From Candidatus Uhrbacteria bacterium (lineage in GTDB: Bacteria; Patescibacteriota; Patescibacteriia; 2-12-FULL-60-25), in NCBI GenBank assembly GCA_018499965.2, contig JAHBAS020000017.1:10087-74086 (forward strand): 64,000 nucleotides of DNA, read 5' to 3'. The notes beneath the pieces were generated by a model. That model was not told the origin of the DNA. It did not search any database and saw nothing but the letters and a program-made list of their open reading frames with translations. Within the stretch, counting starts at the first letter, position 1; every line of letters begins with the position of its first letter. Below, piece after piece: positions 10,501-19,034 of the stretch. A program made the translations under genes and the position numbers.

Positions 10501-13500
10501 GCATTTCCCGACAATGCCCGCACAACGTCATTCGTCCTTGAGATCACAGATCGGAGACAAGAAGGATGCTGCGGCTGCGCGACGCAATCAATCGGAGCGA
10601 CCGGTTGATATCCGCGCGTCTTGTAGTCATCGAATGTCGCGAGCGCATCGTACTTCAAAGACGTATCCGAGGTATCACGGAACAACACGCATCCTCGCCC
10701 CGGATCAACCTTGCCATTGCAACTCTCTTTATCAAGACGTTCATCATTAATCACGAAATACGGACGACCTTGTGGATGCGCCGGATCGCTCGTATCCGCG
10801 ATATCACGGAACTCAGAACACTCCGCCTGCGTCGCAGGACAAACGCCCGTCCATCCTTCATACGTCTGCGGCGACGTGTACCGATCCGCCATGGATCCGT
10901 TCCACGGGTTATACCCTTGCGAGCCCACGGAAGTCTGATCACCCGCATACATGATGCCGAAGGTCGATCCGCGGCGGAGCATAGCCGGGTAACATGGACA
11001 CTCCGTACCAACCTTGAACCAACCGTCATACGTTGCGCCGACGTACTGCCCTGGATTTGGAAGATCACATCCTGCTGTCGACGGTGCCGCAACGCCATTC
11101 TGCATCGTTGCAACCACAGCTCCAGTCTTATACTCGCAAGCATGATCCGATGGTGCACGGAAATACTCCGTGCCGGATTTTCCACCGCCCGAGAAAGAGA
11201 AAGCCTCGCAGAACAGCTCCGACTCCGTACAGATCGCATCATCGTATTTCGTGACGTCGTCTTTGAGGTACACGGTCTCAAACGCTTGCGTACCGTCGAG
11301 AGTCAATCGATCCTGATTGAACTTCGGCAACCCAAAGGCACGACAGCTGATTTGCGTCTTTGGGCACATGGCATCCTTGCTCTCGATGTAATACTCAAAA
11401 TGATCCGCCTTACGCGCCGTCACCTCCGTTCGACCCACTGATGATCGCTCCCAACGCTGTTCATATGGACTCTCGGAATTTTCCGTATTGATAAAGGCCG
11501 AACACCCGATGGCGGATTCCCGACAAAGCCGCGTGAACTGACGAAGCGTCGAAACGGTATTATTACGATCAACATACTCCTGACATCCGAGCATGGCCTG
11601 CGACTGATACACCCCTTCTGGCGTACGATCACATGATGCCGGGGTATTCCAGGAATCGCGGACCGCATACGCCACATCCGTCACCTGCGTAACGCGGATC
11701 GTATCAATGAACGAAGGAGAGGCATTGAATCCGCTCAACTGAATACGCGTCATGCCATTGGTTGATGCCGATCCCGTGAACGGTCCGATACGATACACAC
11801 CCCACGACGATCGAAGCGTCGCATCTCCGATAACCGTTTCCTCGCTCCCAGTCACCATGTCCCATGACCACACGCGAACATTCACCGGCGATGGAGACGA
11901 TGTCTTTCCCCAGAACTCCAATTCATACAGCAATCCAGGCTGCGTCGGAACGTCGAATGTCACATTTCCCGTTCCCGAACCACCCATTTGGATACGCAAC
12001 GATCGATCGCCTACGAGAACGGATTCCTCAGAGGTATTCAATGTCGGCGCTGCGCTCCCCGGATTCACGGCATACGTCTCTTTGGCGAAATCTTCACTAA
12101 ACACATCCAAACGAACCTGACCTCGCGTTCCGATATAGGCGCGACATCCGGCGACGGTTAACGCACATACGCGAGATTTTTCCGGAACTGCCTGATACAC
12201 GCACTGATTCGTATCTGCCGAAAACGCACCGCCAGTCTTCTCACAATCCGCACGCGTAGAACCTTCCTTTCGGAATGACGTACAAGCCGTATCCGCAAGA
12301 ATCGTCTGGGATTCGAATTGATAGAACACATTTCCCTGCGGATCGTAGAATTGACGACAATCCGGATCGAGCGCCGTCACGTAGCTCAACGCATTACACG
12401 TTGCCGGATCTTTCACCGAACCATCCGGACCCGTCTTCCGGAGCAATAACGGTCCCTGTGGAAGCGCCGCATTCGTATCGCGTTGCAAGCTCCATGTAAC
12501 GAGCTGATATCCAGAAGCCTCGGAACCTTCCCACGTGTAATACGTTTGCGTGGAATCATTCGGTTGTTCACAACTTCGAAGATAGCTGAACCCAGAAGCC
12601 TCTTCCGTCTTCAAATTCGTGAAAGATTCACATCCGATATCTTGCGCAGAACAAAGGCGCGCAGAGCTCGGAACAAAGGCCGCGATCGATTGGTCCTCTG
12701 GATCATCCAGTACCGACACTTCGGTATTGCGGACCAAATCGAATGGCGAAGCTTGCTTACGGAACTCCGCATATCCCACACATTCCGATGGACAAGCATC
12801 CGCAGCCGTAAGCACAGCCGGAATTTCCGGCGCGCCAGACTGTCCCTTTGGACGATACCCCTGACATCCGGCTTCTGATTCTTTACACACACGCGCAAAC
12901 TTCTGACAGAGCGGATGATCTGCACTGTCATTTCCCGTACAGTTCAATTCTGCCGGAGGCACCTTCATGGAAACCGAAGGGAGCGCTGGATTGAGACCAT
13001 CGTTAAACGCCGTTGCCGTCTCGCTCGCCTCCAACTTCACGCCATCCGCAAGCCACGGATCTCCGTCGCCTCGAATGAGGAATATGCGGCTCCATGCCGT
13101 CTCCGGCGGAGCGACGAATGAACACTCGAAACGCTGCCAATCAGACGAAAGCGCGGCCGGCAACAACACGTGCACCTGACCTGAGTTCGTACCATACAAC
13201 GGTATTGCGCCCGAGGCACATGTCGCGCTTCGATAGAACGTCGTATCCGCCGATAAAAAGCTGGAGTTCTTGCTAGGAGGCGTATCCGGATTATTTGGAT
13301 CCGCTCGATAGAAATGCAGAGTCGCACCGGCCGACCGGGTATTACCCGCAATGCCGCGTGCATAGAAAGAAAACGTATACTGCCGTCCTGGTGCAAGTCG
13401 AACGACTTCATGAATAGACGGAGCCACTCTTGGAATATATCCGCGTGCACCATCCATGGCCGCCGCTCCACTTGCAATCGACGGCTCCTGATACGGAACC

Positions 13501-15659
13501 GGCGTCGCATCTTCAAAGAAGGCCGTCGGCTCATGCACCCAACCCGTCAGCACGCCCGTTTTATCATTCGTCTCTTCGAACGATCCGTTTCGAATGAGGT
13601 TAAGCGACGGCTTTCCATTTGTTACACGGCGAAGATCCGTACATCCATCATACTGCCCATCGCATCGGCTGATCGTCTTATCAAAATACGTCTTTCCAGT
13701 CGCTCCGCTATACGTAGCATTCCAAGCATTCGCATTATCACGGGCAGCAACGCTCGTGTCGCGCGTATTCGCATACCACATACACCCCACGTTCGTGTCA
13801 TTACACGAACCGTAATCTACGGTACTGCGAAGATACCCGATCGGTTTGGCGTTTGAACCGCGCGGCGTATACGTACGGCAACTCACATACTGTTCCTGAC
13901 AAGATTCTGCATCAAACTGCCAGAACGTTTGCTCCGCCATACAGTACCCGTATCCTCCCACGCACTTCCCCGCCGCATCACGCTCAAGACAAGACACGGT
14001 ATCCTGACATTCCTGCAAGCGCTGATTCGTTCCAGCTAAAAAGCTATTCCCATACCCCTTGGTCAAGCATTGCGTTGGAAATGAGGTCAATACCCAATTC
14101 GGATCAATAAGGTGACACCATGGGTGCGCTGCATCCAATTCCCCCGCATCATTACAATCATCGAAATGCTGCAAAACTTCTGCCAACGTCATGCATCCAG
14201 ATCCGCTCTGGCACTTCTGCTGGTTCGCCGCGGAGTCCGCCGCCAACTCCCATCCAATCGGAACGATACGAGCCAAGCGCATCTTTCGAATGTTTGCAGC
14301 ACAGAACGCACGCTGCGCACATCCTGGATCAAGATTGTCTTTCGCCTGCGTCGAAGGGATAAGTTCCCATTGCTCATTAATAAATCCGCTGTCGATCGCC
14401 TGACGAACAGTCATATGTCCGTTCTTTCGGAGCGCGGCCTCAAGCGTGCTATCAATTGAACAATTCCACTTCGTACGACCATTATCCGGACACCCCAACA
14501 TCTCGCCCAAGATATCCTGCTGTTCGGACGACGCGATGTTCGGCGTAAGGATTTCGCGGAATTGCGAGGCAAAAATCTCTTCTGATCGACCGGACTGTGA
14601 AAGCAATGGTGCTGCCCCGGAACTCAAAAGATCTGGAACCGAAATGCCGCTCGTTCCAGATGAAAGCAATCCTTTCGTAAGTCGACCAAGCAAACGCGTC
14701 ACGAGCACGTTCGAGAACGTGCTAATCATCACCGTTCCGATCTGCATCGCACCGAGCTTAAACGTATTCTGGAGCAATGTCGTTGTCTTTACGTTCTCCG
14801 CCGCATTCGGTTGGCGAATGATCTGCTCCTTCACATTCTCTTCAACCACCGAAGCCGGCGTTCGCACATTCCCAGAGATCATGTCTTGAACGCTCTTAAA
14901 TCCACGACCCTCGAGTCGATCCAAAACACCCGCTTCCTTCTTTTGAGCCACGGTGTCAAAAAAGGCCGTATTTAAACCAATACCGTAGGCGATATCGTTC
15001 CCCCCGATATTAAAACTACTCTTGATGCTGTGAAGCGCGACTGCATTATCTAATGAATCCGCCGTCGCATTCCAGTTGCTCACAATTTGTGTCCATGCGC
15101 ACTTTGGCTTCGGACGCTTAATGCCATTGATGGCAAAATCTGGAATCGAAAGGGCGAACTGAAGATCGATACCTTGAAAACGCGGTGGTCGACAAAGATT
15201 GATGCCGAACATCCCTTCCGTAAATTGCTCGGAGAATGTCCCGAGGAATTCACCGGCAGCGTCCAATCCAATCTGTTTAATGTAATTTTCGTTTGTAAAA
15301 ATCTCAATGAGCGGACCATTGCCTTTAAACCCGCTCGCGACCCACTCCGCGCTGTCATACGCCAATTGTTGCGCCGCGATCGTCACGGCATTCAATACGC
15401 CCATGTAGAGCGGGAACATGATTTGGAAATCCAAACGCTCTTTCACCTTATCGATTTCCTGCGCGGCGCGCATATCCGTACACCACACGCCTACCCCGCA
15501 CGGCACCACCGTTGGTGTATCCCTGATGCCACCAGACCCCTCGCCTTCCGCACGTGCCTGCGGAATCAGGAACTGGCTTGCGATCGGTCCGGCGAACGCA
15601 CTCACGATAATCGTGATCGCGGTAACGGACTTCCAGAAAAATGAAGGACGGGAGGACAT
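4509..15659 (-). CDS. Giant secreted/cell-surface cysteine-rich protein, 3,716 aa
   Basis: Uninterrupted 11,151-nt ORF. The N-terminal hydrophobic segment (VTAITIIVSAFAGPIASQFLIPQARAEG) fits a signal peptide or anchor. Cys is very frequent, mostly in pairs. There are two NGSFE/jelly-roll-like modules and no catalytic motif that I recognise. All overlapping ORFs in other frames are short and compositionally odd. Confidence 0.85.
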   Translation of the reverse strand: MSSRPSFFWKSVTAITIIVSAFAGPIASQFLIPQARAEGEGSGGIRDTPTVVPCGVGVWCTDMRAAQEIDKVKERLDFQIMFPLYMGVLNAVTIAAQQLAYDSAEWVASGFKGNGPLIEIFTNENYIKQIGLDAAGEFLGTFSEQFTEGMFGINLCRPPRFQGIDLQFALSIPDFAINGIKRPKPKCAWTQIVSNWNATADSLDNAVALHSIKSSFNIGGNDIAYGIGLNTAFFDTVAQKKEAGVLDRLEGRGFKSVQDMISGNVRTPASVVEENVKEQIIRQPNAAENVKTTTLLQNTFKLGAMQIGTVMISTFSNVLVTRLLGRLTKGLLSSGTSGISVPDLLSSGAAPLLSQSGRSEEIFASQFREILTPNIASSEQQDILGEMLGCPDNGRTKWNCSIDSTLEAALRKNGHMTVRQAIDSGFINEQWELIPSTQAKDNLDPGCAQRAFCAANIRKMRLARIVPIGWELAADSAANQQKCQSGSGCMTLAEVLQHFDDCNDAGELDAAHPWCHLIDPNWVLTSFPTQCLTKGYGNSFLAGTNQRLQECQDTVSCLERDAAGKCVGGYGYCMAEQTFWQFDAESCQEQYVSCRTYTPRGSNAKPIGYLRSTVDYGSCNDTNVGCMWYANTRDTSVAARDNANAWNATYSGATGKTYFDKTISRCDGQYDGCTDLRRVTNGKPSLNLIRNGSFEETNDKTGVLTGWVHEPTAFFEDATPVPYQEPSIASGAAAMDGARGYIPRVAPSIHEVVRLAPGRQYTFSFYARGIAGNTRSAGATLHFYRADPNNPDTPPSKNSSFLSADTTFYRSATCASGAIPLYGTNSGQVHVLLPAALSSDWQRFECSFVAPPETAWSRIFLIRGDGDPWLADGVKLEASETATAFNDGLNPALPSVSMKVPPAELNCTGNDSADHPLCQKFARVCKESEAGCQGYRPKGQSGAPEIPAVLTAADACPSECVGYAEFRKQASPFDLVRNTEVSVLDDPEDQSIAAFVPSSARLCSAQDIGCESFTNLKTEEASGFSYLRSCEQPNDSTQTYYTWEGSEASGYQLVTWSLQRDTNAALPQGPLLLRKTGPDGSVKDPATCNALSYVTALDPDCRQFYDPQGNVFYQFESQTILADTACTSFRKEGSTRADCEKTGGAFSADTNQCVYQAVPEKSRVCALTVAGCRAYIGTRGQVRLDVFSEDFAKETYAVNPGSAAPTLNTSEESVLVGDRSLRIQMGGSGTGNVTFDVPTQPGLLYELEFWGKTSSPSPVNVRVWSWDMVTGSEETVIGDATLRSSWGVYRIGPFTGSASTNGMTRIQLSGFNASPSFIDTIRVTQVTDVAYAVRDSWNTPASCDRTPEGVYQSQAMLGCQEYVDRNNTVSTLRQFTRLCRESAIGCSAFINTENSESPYEQRWERSSVGRTEVTARKADHFEYYIESKDAMCPKTQISCRAFGLPKFNQDRLTLDGTQAFETVYLKDDVTKYDDAICTESELFCEAFSFSGGGKSGTEYFRAPSDHACEYKTGAVVATMQNGVAAPSTAGCDLPNPGQYVGATYDGWFKVGTECPCYPAMLRRGSTFGIMYAGDQTSVGSQGYNPWNGSMADRYTSPQTYEGWTGVCPATQAECSEFRDIADTSDPAHPQGRPYFVINDERLDKESCNGKVDPGRGCVLFRDTSDTSLKYDALATFDDYKTRGYQPVAPIDCVAQPQHPSCLRSVISRTNDVVRALSGNATSASFNACVTTQLEHGIDTDAARANCAGVENGNNSNIILKVKPDRSCSQWLACKTGETVYDQQTGQYKSICSELALCNDAKATDQGEGIPFCTGYVNRTSNSLITILKKYRVVDAATYASRAVGFGAVDYSGFTIPNHFQVMDATLKPIAAMLSPDPAIAAKFKKDYRLAVSVPISSNGARVPTTDEGRAFSGTSMASYACVFPQTNSYGVRTNAAGTLDANGSYCWLPLDQSPPAQVGVSGASLVADNLNGPSLIGRFGQTENPNIDQILSRSFPNTQCKAAPQPDSPFSNDFVLEWDDSTNPPEPSRSVSGYGNANFCEYGEDCSCVYKRVKYGGGRSKFYEPLSTNVVNAVCQGGPRDGLPCVPSSGIQGSQAVNVSVTTPSADGETPGTQTVSSGGGINAQRNADNRCGEGGTCMPISDVQLVRGVTGQCLEYDASRPVAGDSTRSECLVWNPTPVLAGPGDQYHWSPTAGFQAPQSSGRYYCSSPVRAPREQPFNSEAAWPKDIPDEGFDWESVALAAVFPQYLAAMATNDLTNLALNGNAIDVGGACNGGEDNDCKHAIGPWPNSEGNYAGRIKALFYADWFTSDGSCTNFLFWGGCTGNEGGASLDGHRADGTQEGGRCEAIDDEDQAFVVNQDAMRLVTTGQGSGRSYAEYAILFNPSHIAYAALGSPPQDWETVMDYSLEDSVANFTFSVPKGKIGCGYSEAWADVHVDDYDDEKDKWGGTDDQWHATFQKFLQEGGGLLNRSTAKVVTEDGSPGGLPVKVDCVIRGGSGSPDNRSEDGTCFIKTWELNYRAAGQQKFQAFTPDIGRNGLDHLSRRPLYGKCESAHPWFSIRAVFEDTSPSENDLSPEEVTADRLVGPFQFVGLWVTACAPGDQTRYIYMKMNMNSADVCRELLETTSKDSHETVAFTDRNNANSGYSMKNGFSWNSMNIPFGASLATGDAGIQPLFMTGVAQKDVNPTNPPTFTSPGQTYFTAAQYPTSKWGMLSNVFAKIYRIYGYYARGVSRSDYACTDPRSPQFGQWCPPVANMTNGEELSRQYCGLQGKCLRGGLNGSDIFQQHVCNAFSGVNRGLDCSSDPDICHKAPMEDRNGVLTPSYGQCQLFAGYHPVSGSAADTVDGTTTGALKQEIDVRWTQMDSGRFRCEGAQCPTECVPTASTYQTGCSRSVAIQNGAFRCQGSVRDPQDVKETIDGRRTFASYCTRESRSSSECPTEILTGTCNDNRCEGHPWAQCTQDSDCHFMARNYWPSGAANNFFYWTRTGYEDSGLGQHVGKLNQDTNGRNSDYIPHGENFFYVFERGGTLNDDMTWFTRSQTLTDGTVIRPNNSAYAEAFWPALPMGYDMGGGALIDSCDDDDGICFYATRINSITSAIGDNAILTYARWDDTPLLALYPGFNPHIWWYTPDGLVSDNLNSNYAGSDAREPLQWARVNNPNDNPDSELNDNAPYVSVTQTGDYDGDSPNIWAHYGACESLPLMYREGASASQNRPILGLCRGGGRDGEACAEDVDCRPADLSRADFDDLQDEAGSWCNPVTNGNNPDAVGGIYGGPSSGDANACWPTGSDTAANRPARESDPAKDSNICTHPAGYWPRPQFCKDPNDEYCGLFGYALTDASNSIRDDRPLPTDVTPGLSSPRYLRPGAPESEMSPIDGSYSYVDYYNPTPPHTGAPDPRTCQGSQCRIASLDTFSVNGVAEGVVNGGSGSHVATIRFYGWAAHEQMPLRRVIVDWGDGTRSELPDAYLKNRKPYCQTAKECTETSGLTCQTDADCPPGGGQCVTMGNCSNSANTRCWNDSQCNIGGEQGFCESRVAFGSDGNACEEQYFEFRHAFSCLTGSGLTTCSAGGRCSRDPNRTCSDASGCAPGDACITNTAQSSGCFDNSTQSCRFTPRILLVDNWGWCSGECRATVDSRTQKPMDVSGSAIRHPNGGCFDASLIKSNVSLMSSNTNTISYIGPNECAPDRGTDSFGSENTRRPWIVFPGSLQIRQGEGI

Positions 15660-15662
15660 ACG

Positions 15663-16370
15663 TTATGGGGTAGGAGCAGAGGAAGATGCTGACGTGGAAG
15701 AGCTATTCGAGGAACCGGCGTTCGCACTTCCCGAAAACGCCGCTTGAGATTGATCATACGCATCCAGCAAGGCCTGATCCGAGTAATTCGCCAAATCGGC
15801 ATCCGAAACACCTTGAGATTTTAAGAAGGCTCGAATCGATGCCGGACTTCGATCTGGAACGATTGTCCCGCCGCTACTCCCTGAATCAAGCATTAATCCC
15901 GAACCCGCCCCCACCGAAGAAGAGGTTGCCGAAAGAGACGGCAATAGGCATACCTGTCCTTTTGGACAATTCGGGTCCGTCTGATTTGCGATTTCGGTAT
16001 TATCCGGAACACCATCCGAATCCGTATCTCTCAAATACGAAGACGTACGATAGATATTCGCTTCATCCCAATCGGACAAACCATCCCCATCCGCATCAGA
16101 GCGTTTTGCCTTCGCTTCTTTTTCTTCATCCGTTGGACCAAGCATGTTCCGAATCTCAACAAGGCGCTCCACCGGAGCCGTAAACGGCATAATGATTGAA
16201 CGACGAATCTGCACAACCGTTAAAACCATTGCGATCACGCCGCACAATCCAAAAATCCACGCAGAAATTTTTTGTTCGCGCGTTGAAGAATGCCACCAGG
16301 ACTTTAATCGAGTAAACAGATGGATCTTGCCGCAAATGCGGATGAAAAAAGTATACCACAAGAGAGCCAA
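15663..16370 (-). CDS. Single-pass membrane protein with thrombospondin-type-3-like Ca-binding Asp repeats
   Basis: Has a TM segment ISAWIFGLCGVIAMVLTVVQI and Asp-rich repeats KRSDADGDGLSDWDEANIY and LRDTDSDGVPDNTEIANQTDPNCP. The C-terminal tail is Ser/Gly/Ala-rich. The stop lies 3 nt before the giant gene's ATG. The start is uncertain: the ORF opens with TTG and I saw no SD. Confidence 0.7.
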   Translation of the reverse strand: MALLWYTFFIRICGKIHLFTRLKSWWHSSTREQKISAWIFGLCGVIAMVLTVVQIRRSIIMPFTAPVERLVEIRNMLGPTDEEKEAKAKRSDADGDGLSDWDEANIYRTSSYLRDTDSDGVPDNTEIANQTDPNCPKGQVCLLPSLSATSSSVGAGSGLMLDSGSSGGTIVPDRSPASIRAFLKSQGVSDADLANYSDQALLDAYDQSQAAFSGSANAGSSNSSSTSASSSAPTP

Positions 16371-16432
16371 AAACGAGAGAGAAAAACCGGGCTATCGACG
16401 GCATCCCACAAGCTATCGTACACTATGCCCGT

Positions 16433-16810
16433 ATGACCCCATCTCACTCCCCCATCCACGAATGGACATCCTCCATGGAGGAAGGCCAGTTGAGCGTTGA
16501 CGTGTTTCGTGATAAGCAAGATCTCGTCGTTCGATCGACGGTGTCCGGCGCCAAGCCAGAAGATATCGATATCTCCATTCACGGCGATTTGATGACCATT
16601 CGAGGAAAGCGCGAATCGCAGAATACCGCCCGCGAGGAAGATTGGTTCTACCGCGAATGTTACTGGGGCGCTTTCAGCCGAAGCATCGTCCTCCCCTACG
16701 ACGTCAAAGCCGATAAAGCCGAAGCATCCATGACCAACGGCGTTCTCGAAATCCGCATCCCGATCCGAGACGTCGGCGAACGAAATATCCCGATACGTAT
16801 TAAAGAGTAA
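16433..16810 (+). CDS. Small heat-shock protein, Hsp20/alpha-crystallin family
   Basis: Alpha-crystallin domain pattern GQLSVDVFRDKQDLVVRSTVSGAKPEDIDISIHGDLMTIRGKRE...FSRSIVLPYDVKADKAEASMTNGVLEIRIP. Confidence 0.85.
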   Translation: MTPSHSPIHEWTSSMEEGQLSVDVFRDKQDLVVRSTVSGAKPEDIDISIHGDLMTIRGKRESQNTAREEDWFYRECYWGAFSRSIVLPYDVKADKAEASMTNGVLEIRIPIRDVGERNIPIRIKE

Positions 16811-16825
16811 GTCGCCCCGCCTCGT

Positions 16826-17059
16826 ATGACTCCCATCTCCGCTACCGTAACCTCTATTGAGCAAGATATCGCAACCGTGCAATGCGTGGATGGCCAAACC
16901 CTTCGCCTCCCGCTAGACGCATTCGCCGGTACGCCGACGCTCAACACCCCTGTCCATATTATCGTTGCACCGGTCCAAGCAACCGATGCGGCGACCCGAG
17001 AATTATCACGACATATCATCAATGAATTCCTCGGTTCATCGCCGACGCAAGCATCATAA
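16826..17059 (+). CDS. Hypothetical small protein (77 aa)
   Basis: ORF packed between hsp20 (15 nt gap) and the VanW gene (23 nt gap) on the same strand. Amino-acid composition is ordinary. No family recognised. Confidence 0.45.
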   Translation: MTPISATVTSIEQDIATVQCVDGQTLRLPLDAFAGTPTLNTPVHIIVAPVQATDAATRELSRHIINEFLGSSPTQAS

Positions 17060-17082
17060 GAAATCCGACCCCCCTATCCCGT

Positions 17083-18966
17083 ATGGCAAAGAAACACCGA
17101 TCATCCGAAGCGCCTTCAGAGGCCAAGCAAGAAACACAAGTGAAAGCCGTCATCACCTGGACGCTGGTTGCAAGCGGCGTCACAGCGATCGTCATCGGTC
17201 TCGCGATCTTTAGCGCATGGGGATATGGACGACTCTATGAGCATCGCATCTTTCCGGGCGTTCGAGTCCTCAACGTTCGCCTTGATGGGCTCACGGAAAA
17301 CGAGGCGCGTATCGCCATGAATGAAGCCATTGATCAAAGCATCAAAGACGGGCTTCGTTTCACCTACCGAAATCGTGATATCACCATCGATGCGACGACG
17401 ATTTCACAAGAATGGCCGGATGATGCAAAAGAGCTCGTCCAGTACGACATTGAAGGACCGATCACGAATGCGATGAAATTCGGACGATCCGGGAATCTCT
17501 TGCGCGACACATTGTTACGCTGGAGCGCACGGATCAAATCCATGAACCTCCCCGTAGGCATAACCATTGATGAAGCACGGATCAGAGAAGCCGTTACGCA
17601 TGCCGCAGCGGATATCGCCACCCCGCCCCAAGAAGCGAAGCTTGTCGTCGCCTGGGAGGCTGGAACGAAAAAAGCGAATATCAGCGTTACCGAAGCGAAA
17701 GAAGGACGCATGATCCAATTCGACCAAGCCTTCAAAAAACTCCGCGATCAAGCCGAGCGATTACGATTCGCCCCGATCATGCTCACGGATATCGAAAACG
17801 TTCCTACGCTCACGAAAAAAGACATTGAACCGCTTATCGAACAGGCAAAAACATGGGCGCAATCGGATGTTATCCTAACTTATGACAAAACATCGTATCC
17901 TATTGGACACGAAATGTTCTCAACGTGGATCACGGTAAGTGCTCCAGCCGGAGCCCCTACTCTCACCATTGATCCGACGAAATTTCATACAGACATCCGT
18001 ACGCTCACCGGACTGGAACAAGAAGGAAAAAAAGGGACGTTCACGATTGAAAATGGCGTGATCACATCATTTCAGGCAGGCACCATCGGTTACGTGATTG
18101 ATGATGCCGCGAGCATTCAAAACATCACGCGCGACATTCAGACGACCTCGACAATCCCGCTCGTTGTGAATCGCCAAGACGCATCCCTCTCCGGAGAAGG
18201 GCCGGAAAAACTTGGCATCAAAGAAATTATCGGCGTCGGCAAATCGAACTTCGGAGGATCCCCTACCAATCGACGCAAAAATATCGCCATCGGCGTTGAT
18301 CGCGTTGATGGTACTCTTATCGGTCCAGGCGAAGAGTTCTCCATGCTCAAAACCCTCGGTCCGATCACGGCAGAACATGGATGGCTTCCTGAACTCGTGA
18401 TCAAAGGAAACAAAACACTACCGGAACTCGGCGGCGGACTTTGCCAAATCGGAACCACGGCTTTCCGTGCCGCATTGAATTCAGGCATGAAGATCACCGA
18501 ACGCCGCAATCACAGCTATCGTGTAAGCTACTATGAACCTGCAGGAACGGATGCCACGATCTATGAACCGGCTCCGGATTTCAAATTCCTCAATGACACG
18601 AAAAATTCCATCTACATTCACGCCTATATCACCGGCACGGAAATCACCTATGAATTCTGGGGAACGAAAGACGGGCGCGAGGTCACTGTTGGAGAACCGC
18701 GTATCTACAACATCGTCGGCGCACCGCCGAAGAAGCTCATCGAAACAACAGATCTAAAGCCCGGACAAACCAAGTGCACGGAATCTGCTCATGCCGGAGC
18801 TGATGCCTCATTGGATTACAAAGTTATCTACGCAGACGGAACGAAACACGAGGAGACATTTAACTCCCACTATCGACCATGGGGCGCGGTCTGTTTGGTC
18901 GGCGTAGAAAAGCTCTCCGAACCAGCACCGTCGGAAGAAACCGTGACACCGATCACCGCAGACTAA
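17083..18966 (+). CDS. VanW domain-containing membrane-anchored protein
   Basis: N-terminal TM (VITWTLVASGVTAIVIGLAIFSAW). The C-terminal VanW signature region is GGGLCQIGTTAFRAALNSGMKITERRNHSYRVSYYEPAGTDATIYEPAPDFKFLND. Confidence 0.85.
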   Translation: MAKKHRSSEAPSEAKQETQVKAVITWTLVASGVTAIVIGLAIFSAWGYGRLYEHRIFPGVRVLNVRLDGLTENEARIAMNEAIDQSIKDGLRFTYRNRDITIDATTISQEWPDDAKELVQYDIEGPITNAMKFGRSGNLLRDTLLRWSARIKSMNLPVGITIDEARIREAVTHAAADIATPPQEAKLVVAWEAGTKKANISVTEAKEGRMIQFDQAFKKLRDQAERLRFAPIMLTDIENVPTLTKKDIEPLIEQAKTWAQSDVILTYDKTSYPIGHEMFSTWITVSAPAGAPTLTIDPTKFHTDIRTLTGLEQEGKKGTFTIENGVITSFQAGTIGYVIDDAASIQNITRDIQTTSTIPLVVNRQDASLSGEGPEKLGIKEIIGVGKSNFGGSPTNRRKNIAIGVDRVDGTLIGPGEEFSMLKTLGPITAEHGWLPELVIKGNKTLPELGGGLCQIGTTAFRAALNSGMKITERRNHSYRVSYYEPAGTDATIYEPAPDFKFLNDTKNSIYIHAYITGTEITYEFWGTKDGREVTVGEPRIYNIVGAPPKKLIETTDLKPGQTKCTESAHAGADASLDYKVIYADGTKHEETFNSHYRPWGAVCLVGVEKLSEPAPSEETVTPITAD

Positions 18967-18992
18967 GACGTTCGATACCAAACAACGAATGT

Positions 18993-19021
18993 AAAAAGAC
19001 TGCTGATTAGGCAGTCTTTTT
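18993..19021. terminator. Bidirectional rho-independent terminator after the VanW gene
   Basis: AAAAAGACTGC, TGATTAG, GCAGTCTTTTT. A 7-9 bp stem with flanking A and T runs. Confidence 0.8.
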
Positions 19022-19034
19022 ACATGCTCCTGAA

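Noticed and set aside
4655-15644. Dozens of 60-290-aa ORFs in the other five frames across the giant gene.
   Set aside because: All are nested in one continuous 11-kb frame and have skewed Arg/Ser/Pro/His composition. None has promoter or RBS signals. They are consistent with chance ORFs in a long GC-balanced gene.
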